A DNA stretch of 64,000 nucleotides. Origin: a virus (taxonomy: Duplodnaviria > Caudoviricetes). The translations under genes were made by a program, and so were the position numbers. This document shows, piece after piece, positions 1-9,519 of this stretch; position 1 is the first letter of the stretch, and each line of letters starts with the position of its first letter. Where the stretch lies: positions 320,001 through 384,000 of IMG/VR virus record IMGVR_UViG_3300001528_000580. One strand, written 5' to 3'. The notes under the pieces were generated by a model, which searched no databases, was not told the origin of the DNA, and worked only from the letters and a program-made list of their open reading frames with translations.

Positions 1-1472
1 TCTATCATATCAACTTTTTCTCCATTTGATACATTAAAACCTATATTAGAATCTGGTGATAACATTTGCAATTCTTTCAATTCTGAATTAGGCTCATATC
101 CACCATTTTCTAACAATTGTTTAAATGGTTCAACTACTGAATCAACAACAATAGAAAATCCAATTGATTCATCTTTAGTTAAATGTAAATCTTCAAATGG
201 TTTTCTTAATGTTTTAAGTAATGCAATACCACCGCCAGGAACCATACCCTCTTCAACAGCAGCTCTTGTGGCACTTAAAGCATCATCAACTCTATCTTTT
301 CTTTCCTTCAATTCAATCTCGGTAGTAGCACCAACATTTATAACAGCAATTCCACCTGTTAATTTTGCAATGCGTTCTTTCATCTTTTCAATATCGTATG
401 GTGAATTAGATGATTCAATTTGACTTCTAATTGCTTTAACTCTATCCATTATTGCTTCTGGTGTACCTTTTCCATCAACAATTACAGTATCACCTTTAGA
501 TACAACTACTTTATTCGCTCTGCCTAAATCTGTAATTTCTGCATTTTCTAATTTCTTTCCCAAATCATCTGTAAAGCATGTTGCTCCTGTCAATGTAGCA
601 ATATCAGCCAACACTTCTTTCCTTCTATCTCCAAAATAAGGAGCTTTTACAGCACATGATCTTAATGAACCTCTCATTTTATTCATTACTAATGTACTCA
701 AAACTTCTCCTTCACAGCCATCTGATATAATCAATAATGGCTTTGATTCTTTTGAAACTAATTGTAAAATTGGTAAAACTTCTACCAATGAATTTATCTT
801 TTTATCTACGACTAAAATAAAAGCATCATCAAAATTAACTGTTTGATTCTCTGGATTTGTCACAAAATATGGTGATAAATAACCCTGATCAAATTGCATA
901 CCCTGTATAATATTTAAAGATGTTTCAGTTGAACCTGATTGATCTACTGTAATAGTACCATCTTTCCCTACCTTATCCATTGCCTCTGAAATAATATGAC
1001 CAATTTCAGTATCGCCATTAGCTGAAATTATTGCAATTTGTTCAATTTGTTCTCTTGTATTAACAGGAATACTAAACTCATATAATCTTGATACAATTTC
1101 TTTTACTGCATAATCTATACCTCTCTTTATTTCCATAGGATTTGAGCCAGCAGTAACATTTTTTAAACCATTTTTTAAAATAGATTCTGATAAAACTGTA
1201 GCAGTCGTTGTTCCATCTCCTGCAATATCAGCGGTTTTACCTGCAACCTCTTTAACCATTTGTGCTCCAATATTTTCATACGGATCATCAAGAAACACTT
1301 CTCTTGCTACTGTAACTCCATCCTTTGTTATAATAGGGAAGCCATATCCTCTTTCAATAACAACATTCCTGCCCTTCGGTCCCAAAGTTGTTTTAACTGC
1401 TTTACTTAGTTTTTCAACTCCTTTTAATAACTTTTTTCTAACTTCATCACTGTATTCAATTTCTCTTTTCAT
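1..1472 (-). CDS. groEL: Chaperonin GroEL (3' end runs off the window)
   Basis: Not in the ORF track; translated by hand from ATG at 1472: MKREIEYSDEVRKKLLKGVEKL..TLGPKGRNVVI..ITKDGVTVA..GDGTTTATVL..GMQFDQGYLSPYF..AAVEEGMVPGGG. Confidence 0.98.
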   Translation of the reverse strand, partial: MKREIEYSDEVRKKLLKGVEKLSKAVKTTLGPKGRNVVIERGYGFPIITKDGVTVAREVFLDDPYENIGAQMVKEVAGKTADIAGDGTTTATVLSESILKNGLKNVTAGSNPMEIKRGIDYAVKEIVSRLYEFSIPVNTREQIEQIAIISANGDTEIGHIISEAMDKVGKDGTITVDQSGSTETSLNIIQGMQFDQGYLSPYFVTNPENQTVNFDDAFILVVDKKINSLVEVLPILQLVSKESKPLLIISDGCEGEVLSTLVMNKMRGSLRSCAVKAPYFGDRRKEVLADIATLTGATCFTDDLGKKLENAEITDLGRANKVVVSKGDTVIVDGKGTPEAIMDRVKAIRSQIESSNSPYDIEKMKERIAKLTGGIAVINVGATTEIELKERKDRVDDALSATRAAVEEGMVPGGGIALLKTLRKPFEDLHLTKDESIGFSIVVDSVVEPFKQLLENGGYEPNSELKELQMLSPDSNIGFNVSNGEKVDMI

Positions 1473-1494
1473 ATATATTTATATCTCCATTTTA

Positions 1495-1782
1495 TTATTT
1501 TATTACAGCTAAAATTTCATTCGCATTAACAATTCTAAATGTTTCATCTGAATCTTTTATTTCATATCCACTGTGTTTACCTATAACAACAACATCTCCA
1601 ATCAATATGTTTTTAATTGGTATTAAGTCTCCATTAGCATTATAACCTCCTTCTCCTAATTCTACAACTTCAAAACTTACTGGTTGAGTTGCTGAATTAT
1701 CTGGAATTATAATTCCACCTACGTTATTTTCTTTTTTAATTTCCTTTAATAAAACTCTGTTGCCTATTGGTTTTACACTCAT
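1495..1782 (-). CDS. groES: Co-chaperonin GroES
   Basis: VKPIGNRVLL, GGIIIPD mobile loop; AAGGAG RBS; directly upstream of groEL. Confidence 0.96.
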   Translation of the reverse strand: MSVKPIGNRVLLKEIKKENNVGGIIIPDNSATQPVSFEVVELGEGGYNANGDLIPIKNILIGDVVVIGKHSGYEIKDSDETFRIVNANEILAVIK

Positions 1783-1816
1783 AAAATAATCTCCTTAGTT
1801 TTTGATTTTGATAATA

Positions 1817-1833
1817 AGCATGTTGTATGCCAA
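1817..1833 (-). promoter_or_regulatory. Sigma54-type -24/-12 promoter of groES-groEL
   Basis: Minus strand TTGGCATACAACATGCT has the exact GG-N10-GC spacing of TGGCAC-N5-TTGC, about 35 nt upstream of the groES start. Confidence 0.65.
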
Positions 1834-1927
1834 CTTTAATAACGCAAATACAAAATATTATCTTTGTTGTTTTTGAGTCATTATGTCACAACTTTGTCAC
1901 ACTTGTGTCTATATTATCTATTTATAT

Positions 1928-1955
1928 AATATAACACACAAAAATAAAAAATCAA
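1928..1955 (-). promoter_or_regulatory. Sigma70-like promoter (TTGAnn-N16-TATATT family)
   Basis: TTGATT-N13-TGT-TATATT; the same spacing recurs at 8 other intergenic sites. Confidence 0.7.
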
Positions 1956-1956
1956 A

Positions 1957-4900
1957 TTAATTTATAAAAAAGTTCCAACCTGAATTTAATAACTTATCAG
2001 TTATATCACTTGATATATCATAATATGGTGGAATAGGCTTGTTTCTACAAATAAATTTCTTGTTATTTTCATTATTTATATCAATCAATTTTGTTAATAT
2101 TTTTATAATATCATCGTATAATAAATAATTATTACTAATATTTAAATATATTAATTTATTACTAAAATTAACATCAAACCTATTAATAAAATTATCTGTA
2201 ACATCAATATAACTCAAGTTTTCATTTTTGTCAAGATATATGGTTCTTAAATTATTATTATTACAAACAACTTTATTTAAATTTGCACAATTATAAATAA
2301 ACATACTATTCAATTGACATTTTTCAATCACTAATTCATTAAGATTACAATTATCTATAGTTAATGAAAAAATATCTATATTATTAATTTCGACACGATT
2401 ATTTAAATGACATGTAGTTAATATCAATTGCTTTGTTTTATTTAAAATATTTTCTGGAAAATATATTATATCATTAATATTTTTTAAATCAATAGTCCTT
2501 GCAAAGTCAATTTTTAATTTTTTGAAAATATCCATAATATTATTACAATTATCAAATGATAATTTAGATAGATTATTATTTAATAAATTAATTTTAATAT
2601 TATTACAATTTTTAAACTGTATTTCATCTAAAAAGTTATTACATAAATTTACATTTAATAAATTATCAAATGATGAAAATGAGATATTATTTAATAAATT
2701 ATTAGATAAGTCAATATCAGAAATTTCTTTATTTAAATAAATAGATGTTAATTTATTATTAGATGCATATAATATCTTTTGCGTTCCATTCATAACATCA
2801 AGATTGGAAATATTATTATAACTACAATCAATTTTTTCTATTTTATCTGAATAAATGATCAATGATATTAAATCGTTATTAGCACAATGTAAATTTACCA
2901 AATTTTTATCATAAGTTACATTTAAAATAGTCAATTTATTATTTGAACAATTTAAATTATTTAATGATGGAATATTATTCCTTGATAAATTATTATTATT
3001 TTTTACTTTTTCATTGTTATTATAAAAATCTAAATATTTTAAATTACAATTATTACAATATAATTCTTTAAGACAATTATTATTGCAAGAAATATATTCT
3101 AAATATTTTAAATTAGATAAATTCAAATTGGTTAAATAATTATTATTGCAACTTAATAATAACAATCCATCATTATTATTAACTATTAAAGTTTCTAATT
3201 TTTTATTATTACATTCTATTTTAATCAATTTATTATTAGATACATCAATATAATTAAGATTAGAAGCATAATTATTTAATCCAATAACTTCATTTTCTAT
3301 TAAATTATTATTTACATCTAATTTAACTAATTGATTTAAATTACTAATATTAAATGATGATAATTTGTTATTGCTGCATATTAACTCTATTAAATTTTTA
3401 TTATCAGATATAATTAACTCATTTAATAAATTATAAGAACAATCTAAATATTTTAATGATGTTATATTCATTATATTTAATGATGGTAAATAATTATTAT
3501 TTAAAAACATGCTTTCAATAATATTTGAATTACTTAAATTAATATAATCTAATCTATTAAAACTAAAATCAATATATTTTAACTTACTTTTATTACTCAA
3601 ATCTATATGTTTAATCAAATTATTTCTACCATCTATATATTCTAAATTTATATTATGATTTAAATCAATAAAAATAACAGAATTATTATAAAATTTAAAT
3701 ATTTTCAATGCAGGAGAAAGAGAATAGTCAAAATTACTAATTTTATTATCATTACAGATAATTTCTTCTAATTTTCCAGCAAAAGGAGTATTCAATTTAA
3801 ACAATTCATTAAATGATATATCAACAGTTAATAATTCCATATTAGTTGACAAATCAATTTTAGCTATTTTATTATAAGATAAATTCAACTGTTTTAATAA
3901 AAAAGAATTTCTAAATTCTGCTATCTTTAATTTATTATTGTTTAAAACTACACTTTCTAATTTAGGACAATCATTTGCATAAAATTCTTCTAATCCTACA
4001 TTCGGTTTAACAATACTTGTTATATCAGTTCCACTTACATTAACAATTTTAAAATCATCAACATTTGTAAATCCTATAATATCTTCGATTAAATTATAGG
4101 ATATATCTAAATTAATTAGTGAATTGATATTTGTTAAATCTAAATCTTTAATATTATTATGACTACAATTTAATGTTACTAATTTTGTTAATCCTGTTAA
4201 ATCTAATTCACTTATATCATTATAACTAATATCCAAAGTTGTTAAGTTTTCATTATTATATATCTTAAAATCTTTTAATGAACCATTTGTTAATATAAAT
4301 TCAGTTATTTTATTATTATCAATATATAATTTTATTATTGATTTACTTAAATTATCTAATGTAATTATATTATTAAAAGATAAATAAACCTCCTCTAAAA
4401 ACACATTATTAACCAAACTCAAATTAGATACATTATTATATATATTTCTGATAATAATAGAATCAACTGATTTATAATTATCATATAAATATATTGATGT
4501 AATATTATTATCTTGAGAATTATATGATGCAATACTTAATTCACTTCCATCAACAAATGTAATATATGGTTCATATTTGTTATAAAAAGCCTTTTCTTTA
4601 ATATTATCTGAAAAATTTACAATTGTTAAATAACTAATAATATTAACATATGTTACTTTTTCTCCACCACCATCCTCGCTAGAAATAAAAGAAACAAGTT
4701 CTATATTATCGTTTTCTACGCCATTATAAACAACACCTATATCAATATAATTACCATTATACTTTACCTGATCTTTTTCAATTCTATTTTGATTATATCT
4801 TAAAAATTCATTATTTGATAATAATACCTTAAAATCTTCTGATGTCATACCTATGTCAGCATAATAACTTATATTATAAACACTAGATTTATTTAGTATT

Positions 4901-5223
4901 TTATTATATTTTAAATTTGAATTTTCTACATTTAAATATATTAACTTTTCACAATTATTTATACCATTTAAATCAGATAATAAATTATAAGAACAATCCA
5001 AGTATTTTAAATTAACACATTTTGATAAATCAATATTAGTCAATAAATTATGATGACAAATCAAAACTTCAACAGAACTTGGTATATTAAATTCAAAAAT
5101 TTGATTATCTGAACAATCAATATATTTTAGATTATCATTCAATAAGGAATCAATATTAACTAATGATTGTCCAGAGCAAATTAATTTCTCTTCATCTGTA
5201 TAATCATTCTCACTTATCATCAT
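1957..5223 (-). CDS. Large leucine-rich repeat protein
   Basis: Dozens of LxxLxCxxNxLxxLxl repeats of about 21-22 aa. Confidence 0.93.
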   Translation of the reverse strand: MMISENDYTDEEKLICSGQSLVNIDSLLNDNLKYIDCSDNQIFEFNIPSSVEVLICHHNLLTNIDLSKCVNLKYLDCSYNLLSDLNGINNCEKLIYLNVENSNLKYNKILNKSSVYNISYYADIGMTSEDFKVLLSNNEFLRYNQNRIEKDQVKYNGNYIDIGVVYNGVENDNIELVSFISSEDGGGEKVTYVNIISYLTIVNFSDNIKEKAFYNKYEPYITFVDGSELSIASYNSQDNNITSIYLYDNYKSVDSIIIRNIYNNVSNLSLVNNVFLEEVYLSFNNIITLDNLSKSIIKLYIDNNKITEFILTNGSLKDFKIYNNENLTTLDISYNDISELDLTGLTKLVTLNCSHNNIKDLDLTNINSLINLDISYNLIEDIIGFTNVDDFKIVNVSGTDITSIVKPNVGLEEFYANDCPKLESVVLNNNKLKIAEFRNSFLLKQLNLSYNKIAKIDLSTNMELLTVDISFNELFKLNTPFAGKLEEIICNDNKISNFDYSLSPALKIFKFYNNSVIFIDLNHNINLEYIDGRNNLIKHIDLSNKSKLKYIDFSFNRLDYINLSNSNIIESMFLNNNYLPSLNIMNITSLKYLDCSYNLLNELIISDNKNLIELICSNNKLSSFNISNLNQLVKLDVNNNLIENEVIGLNNYASNLNYIDVSNNKLIKIECNNKKLETLIVNNNDGLLLLSCNNNYLTNLNLSNLKYLEYISCNNNCLKELYCNNCNLKYLDFYNNNEKVKNNNNLSRNNIPSLNNLNCSNNKLTILNVTYDKNLVNLHCANNDLISLIIYSDKIEKIDCSYNNISNLDVMNGTQKILYASNNKLTSIYLNKEISDIDLSNNLLNNISFSSFDNLLNVNLCNNFLDEIQFKNCNNIKINLLNNNLSKLSFDNCNNIMDIFKKLKIDFARTIDLKNINDIIYFPENILNKTKQLILTTCHLNNRVEINNIDIFSLTIDNCNLNELVIEKCQLNSMFIYNCANLNKVVCNNNNLRTIYLDKNENLSYIDVTDNFINRFDVNFSNKLIYLNISNNYLLYDDIIKILTKLIDINNENNKKFICRNKPIPPYYDISSDITDKLLNSGWNFFIN

Positions 5224-5238
5224 ATTTATATTTCACTT

Positions 5239-6132
5239 TTATGCTAAAAATTTACGCCATGCTCTTAAAAATTGTGTTTTATACATTTCACAATCCTGTA
5301 AAATTGTATCAAGATTTTGTGTAGAATCCATGCCACCCCAAATTTGAATAGGATTAAATAGTTTAAATGAGTTAAAACCTAAATGTTCTCCCCAAAATTT
5401 AGTAGCTAATTCATTTGATAATGTAACATATGGAACAACTACTTTCAATCCAACATCTAACATATTATATTTGGAATATTCTTCAAATGTTATTGGTTTT
5501 TTATCTATTAATGTTCCTGTACATAAAATTAATACATCCATATCTTTAAACTCTATTCCTAATTTAGATTTTAAAGCTGTAACTGTTGTAAGTAATGGTA
5601 TAACTTCAATCAAGCCACCATCAACAATACATTTGTTTTTATATTCAATAGCTTCAAAATAAGTTGGAGCTGCTGATGTCATTAAAGAAAGTAACTCAAG
5701 AGTAACATCATCATCTTCTGATTTTGATATATTATCAAAAACTTTATATTGATCATCTGTTAAATTTAATGTTGGAATAATTAAATTCAAATGTGAATAT
5801 TTTTTTCTAACATCTTCTAAAATCATATTCCCAGTATACATATTAATAAAACTTTTTAATTGATCATTAGAATATGTTGGACAAGCTAATGGATTAACCA
5901 TAGCCATAAATCTTTTTTTGAAAATTTTATCACCGCCTTCGATAAATCCGTCTAATACATCTTGTGGTTTAGCACCAGCAGCATATGAATTTGCTAATAT
6001 ACCACCAATAGAACAACCTGATAATGTATCTATATCATTTATAAAATCACCAATAAAAGATAAAAATGCTGCTGGAATTATACCAAAAATTCCGCCACCA
6101 GCAATTACAAGAACTTTATGCTTTTTACTCAT
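5239..6132 (-). CDS. Patatin-like phospholipase
   Basis: GGGIFG oxyanion motif, GCSIG nucleophile, SAAPTYF, DGG catalytic Asp. Confidence 0.93.
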   Translation of the reverse strand: MSKKHKVLVIAGGGIFGIIPAAFLSFIGDFINDIDTLSGCSIGGILANSYAAGAKPQDVLDGFIEGGDKIFKKRFMAMVNPLACPTYSNDQLKSFINMYTGNMILEDVRKKYSHLNLIIPTLNLTDDQYKVFDNISKSEDDDVTLELLSLMTSAAPTYFEAIEYKNKCIVDGGLIEVIPLLTTVTALKSKLGIEFKDMDVLILCTGTLIDKKPITFEEYSKYNMLDVGLKVVVPYVTLSNELATKFWGEHLGFNSFKLFNPIQIWGGMDSTQNLDTILQDCEMYKTQFLRAWRKFLA

Positions 6133-6145
6133 TTTATGTTACTCC

Positions 6146-6400
6146 TTAATCCATAATTTCTATAAATGATTTCATTTCATCTGTTTTCAAGCATTCTTTA
6201 ATAGTAAAAGAAACAATTTCACTTATTTCTTTATTATCTACTTTTTGATCTAAATAAACATCCATTTTATCAGGTGCATTTTTACAAGCATCTACTATTC
6301 CAACTATTCTTATTTTTTGATCTGTTGGTATATCTGAACTAATACAACCAGAAACAAACAAAACAGATATACTACATAAAAGCAATAAATATTTTTTCAT
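6146..6400 (-). CDS. Small lipoprotein (start revised to MKKYLL at 6400)
   Basis: Signal peptide MKKYLLLLCSISVLFVSG-C with lipobox; the longer ORF-track start overlaps a terminator hairpin. Confidence 0.75.
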   Translation of the reverse strand: MKKYLLLLCSISVLFVSGCISSDIPTDQKIRIVGIVDACKNAPDKMDVYLDQKVDNKEISEIVSFTIKECLKTDEMKSFIEIMD

Positions 6401-6443
6401 TTTTCCATACTCCCTATGTTTTGATATATAAAAAATATAAAAA

Positions 6444-6469
6444 AAAGCCAGATGATAATCATCTGGCTT
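6444..6469 (-). terminator. Rho-independent terminator
   Basis: AAGCCAGATGAT/ATCATCTGGCTT hairpin followed by a T run on the minus strand. Confidence 0.75.
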
Positions 6470-6491
6470 AAATATTTTAATTAACAATTTT

Positions 6492-6887
6492 TTAATCAAG
6501 TAGATCTGTAATAAAACTCTTTTTTGTTAAATCTTCTTTATTTTTATTTGCTCTATTTTCTGCTGAAACAACTATGTTTTTACTAATAAAAACAATTTTT
6601 TCTCCTAAATCTTTATAATATAATTTAGTAATATATCCAATTCTATTTCCCAATTGAAAATCTTCTAATCTTCCAAAAATATAAGTTTTTGTTGTTTTGA
6701 CAGTTGAAAATTTTTCAACTTCCTTTTCAGTAAATAACAAGCAACGTTCATCTTTTCCATTATCTGCTTCAACCCAACAAGAATAATATTCCTTATTTGC
6801 ATTACTAAACTTAGGTATTTCAGTATTTTTTACTCTAATTAAATATCCAGCTTTTATTTTCATATCTTTATCAATTATTTCTGCCAT
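6492..6887 (-). CDS. Hypothetical protein (start revised to MAEIIDK)
   Basis: AGGAGA RBS before ATG at 6887; phage-like composition. Confidence 0.75.
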   Translation of the reverse strand: MAEIIDKDMKIKAGYLIRVKNTEIPKFSNANKEYYSCWVEADNGKDERCLLFTEKEVEKFSTVKTTKTYIFGRLEDFQLGNRIGYITKLYYKDLGEKIVFISKNIVVSAENRANKNKEDLTKKSFITDLLD

Positions 6888-6960
6888 AATATCATCTCCT
6901 TCTTTTATATATAAAAAAAATAAAAAATTTTTTATTTTTTTCTTTGTAAAAGGTGGTGTT

Positions 6961-7668
6961 ATGTTTTCACAAAAAATAAAAACTTTCTTAAATAACCACA
7001 ATCCAGAATATAAGTGGAAATTATTTATAATATTTTTATCATTTATGGTAGTTATAAATAGTTTATTTTTATATATAATTCCAGGAACCGATAAAGTAGT
7101 AATAGATCTAATACACTACATTGATTATTTTATTTGTTTTAATTTTTTTATTGATTTTATATGGAGATTATTCACAAGCAAAAACAAATTAAAATTCTTT
7201 TTTACTATTGGATGGATTGATTTATTAGCAAGTATTCCGTATTTGTATTTTTTAAGAATGTGTAAATGTTTTTATGTTTTTTCAATAATAAGAGAATTAA
7301 GATCTTTACAAAGAATATTATCATTTTTATTTAAAAGCAGAATTTCAACAACATTATTATTTTCATTGTTAATGTTTATCACTAGTATATTGGTTTCATC
7401 TATATTGGTATTACATTTTGAACATAATGCTCCAAATGCAAATATACATACAATTACTGGTGCAATGTGGTGGTCTATAAATCTGGCAAGCACTTGTGGA
7501 AATACAGAATTATTTCCTGTTACTGTTTATGGAAAAATGGTTGGAGGTTGTTTAATGGTAATAGGCTATGGATTATTTTCTATGAATGCAGGTGTATTAT
7601 CTTCATGGTTTATGAATAATCTAAATGAATTACATAAAGAAGAAAATAAAGAAGATAATAATACATAA
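6961..7668 (+). CDS. 6-TM ion-transport / K+-channel-like protein with atypical filter
   Basis: S1-S4-like segment (IDLLASIP..LRMCK), pore helix AMWWSINLASTCGNTELFPVTVYGK; only convincing plus-strand gene. Confidence 0.85.
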   Translation: MFSQKIKTFLNNHNPEYKWKLFIIFLSFMVVINSLFLYIIPGTDKVVIDLIHYIDYFICFNFFIDFIWRLFTSKNKLKFFFTIGWIDLLASIPYLYFLRMCKCFYVFSIIRELRSLQRILSFLFKSRISTTLLFSLLMFITSILVSSILVLHFEHNAPNANIHTITGAMWWSINLASTCGNTELFPVTVYGKMVGGCLMVIGYGLFSMNAGVLSSWFMNNLNELHKEENKEDNNT

Positions 7669-7744
7669 TGGTGGCTATGGTTGGGATCGAACCAACGACA
7701 TCTTCCTTATGAGGGAAGCGCAACTTCCTCTGTGCTACACAGCC
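7669..7744 (-). tRNA. tRNA-Met (CAT), elongator-like
   Basis: GGCTGTG..CTTCC-CTCATAA-GGAAG..GGTTCGATCCC..ACCA. Confidence 0.9.
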
Positions 7745-7749
7745 TTTTT

Positions 7750-7823
7750 TGGAGCACCATACCAGAATCGAACTGGTGCTTTAACATTGGCAATGTCATT
7801 TGCTACCGCTACAACAATGGTGC
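7750..7823 (-). tRNA. tRNA-Gly (GCC)
   Basis: TGACA-TTGCCAA-TGTTA arm, TTCGATT T-loop, U73, CCA. Confidence 0.92.
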
Positions 7824-7835
7824 AATTATCTCGGA

Positions 7836-7912
7836 TGGAGCCATCGACAGGACTCGAACCTGCACAAAGCGGTTTTGCAGACCGCCCCCTTATTCCATTC
7901 AGGCACGATGGC
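7836..7912 (-). tRNA. tRNA-Cys (GCA)
   Basis: GCGGT-CTGCAAA-ACCGC arm, U73, CCA. Confidence 0.93.
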
Positions 7913-7929
7913 ATATAAATAATTTATAT

Positions 7930-8005
7930 TGGTACTCACGATTGGATTTGAACCAATGACCTTTTCCGTGTTAAAGAAACCATCTAACCGCTGATATACG
8001 TGAGC
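7930..8005 (-). tRNA. tRNA-Val (AAC)
   Basis: TTTCT-TTAACAC-GGAAA arm, GGTTCAAATCC T-arm, ACCA end. Confidence 0.88.
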
Positions 8006-8013
8006 ATATTATA

Positions 8014-8172
8014 TTACCATTTTATTAAATTTTTTTCAATATTATTTTCTATAATTTCTATTTCTTTTTTATATTTTTCCTCGTATTTCTTATCAATAGT
8101 TTTACCATATTCCTTCAAAGAAATTCCATGTTCATCTTCAAATCTTTTCAATATTTCTTTATTTAAACTCAT
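8014..8172 (-). CDS. Small charged hypothetical protein (52 aa) inside tRNA array
   Basis: AAGGAG RBS; MSLNKEILKRFEDEHGISLKEYGK..NLIKW*; shorter than any ORF in the track. Confidence 0.7.
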   Translation of the reverse strand: MSLNKEILKRFEDEHGISLKEYGKTIDKKYEEKYKKEIEIIENNIEKNLIKW

Positions 8173-8200
8173 AATTATATGCTCCTTCAAAATATATAAA

Positions 8201-8276
8201 TGGTTGGCATGGAAAGAGTCGAACTTTCGTTTAGTGTGTATCAGACACTCGTCTTAAACCGTTGGACGACACGCCA
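8201..8276 (-). tRNA. tRNA-Ile (GAT), atypical body
   Basis: AGTGT-CTGATAC-ACACT arm, U1-A72 pair, ACCA end. Confidence 0.82.
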
Positions 8277-8286
8277 TCATAATTTA

Positions 8287-8362
8287 TGGTGCTTGTGGTA
8301 GGATTTGAACCTACGACCTTTTGTTTATCAGACAAACTATCTAACCACTGATATACACAAGC
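8287..8362 (-). tRNA. tRNA-Ile (GAT)
   Basis: TTTGT-CTGATAA-ACAAA arm, ACCA end. Confidence 0.9.
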
Positions 8363-8442
8363 ATATAAAATAGAAGTACTTGCTTTATCTCTTTCGATTA
8401 GGCTCAGCCTCATCAACATGAGTTTCCTTTCCTTCTATAAAC

Positions 8443-8517
8443 TGGTGCGCTCTGAGAATTTTGAAATCTCGACTCCCACCTTAAAAGGGTAGTGCTCTGC
8501 CTCTGAGCTAAGAGCGC
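8443..8517 (-). tRNA. tRNA-Lys (TTT)
   Basis: CTACC-CTTTTAA-GGTGG arm, TAGCTCAG D-arm, ACCA end. Confidence 0.9.
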
Positions 8518-8528
8518 AATATTATATT

Positions 8529-9455
8529 TTAATTATTACAATTTTCTTCAATATATTTTTTAAGTTTTTCCATCTCTATAAAAGTATTTTTCATTAAATC
8601 AATCCATTTTATTCTATAAACTTTCCAACCATGTTCAATTGTATATAAATCTCTAACTTTGTCGTGTTCTATTGCTTCTTGTGTTCTATAGTGTTGACTA
8701 CCATCTATTTCTACATCTATTTTTTCATTAACAAAAGCAAAATCAAAAAAATATTTACCAAATGGCATTTTTTCTTTTATTAAATAATTATCAATAATAT
8801 CAAATTCATATAACATTCTAATAAAAAATTTCTCTGGATAACTTCTATGATTAACATCTAAATTTTTAAAACTCCATCCACGATGACGCAATTCTTCATG
8901 TGCCTTTTTTAAAGAAATTGATATTTTTTGTTTTGTTTGTTCACTATGTTTGTGACACGTTGGTTTTAATTCACCACTTTTATATTTTTCTTTCAATTTT
9001 TCACTTTGCACTCTAATACGTTCATCATTGTTTTTATTCAATCCTTTATTCCAAGTATTTTTTTCTCCGATTTTAACTTGTTCATTATATATTATCAAAC
9101 CAGAATTATTATGTTTTCCAATATTAGATAATCTGTTTTTTTCAATATTACTTGGACAACTATTAGGTGATTTGCAACAACACCATTTACCATTTTTAAG
9201 TTTATATTTTGCTGCAGCTCCACAATAAAAACAAACTTCTGATAATCCAATATCCGATTTTTTCCTAATTTCAATAGGAATATCTTTCAACTTATTAATT
9301 CCACATTCTTTTAATTTTTGCCATTTTTTTGATATTTTTAAACGTATTTTTTCTTTAATAGCCTTGCATTTTCTAGCATTATTTTCACAACACCATTTGC
9401 CATTTTTTAATTGATATTTTGCGTTTTCACCACAATAAAAACAAATATTATCCAT
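8529..9455 (-). mobile_element. Free-standing homing-endonuclease-like gene (two Cys-rich repeats, NUMOD3-like motif, DUF559/Vsr-like nuclease)
   Basis: Two CFYCG..YxLKNGKWCC repeats; HSEQTKQKISIS; SYPEK..YFFDFA..VEIDGSQH..DKVRD..GWKVYRI. Confidence 0.85.
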
Positions 9456-9490
9456 TTTATATTTCCTTTACATAAATAATTCCTATTTAT

Positions 9491-9519
9491 ATAATAGAAA
9501 ATATAAAAAAATAAGTCAA
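9491..9519 (-). promoter_or_regulatory. Sigma70-like promoter of the endonuclease gene
   Basis: TTGACT-N17-TATTAT. Confidence 0.6.

Noticed and set aside
7625-8419. ORFs 7625+, 7681+, 8000+ and 8231-
   Set aside because: They overlap clear tRNA genes.
8370-8438. Hammerhead ribozyme reading of TTGATGAG..CGAAAGAG
   Set aside because: C3 is absent, and there is no stem I or UH cleavage site; kept only as an unassigned structured element.
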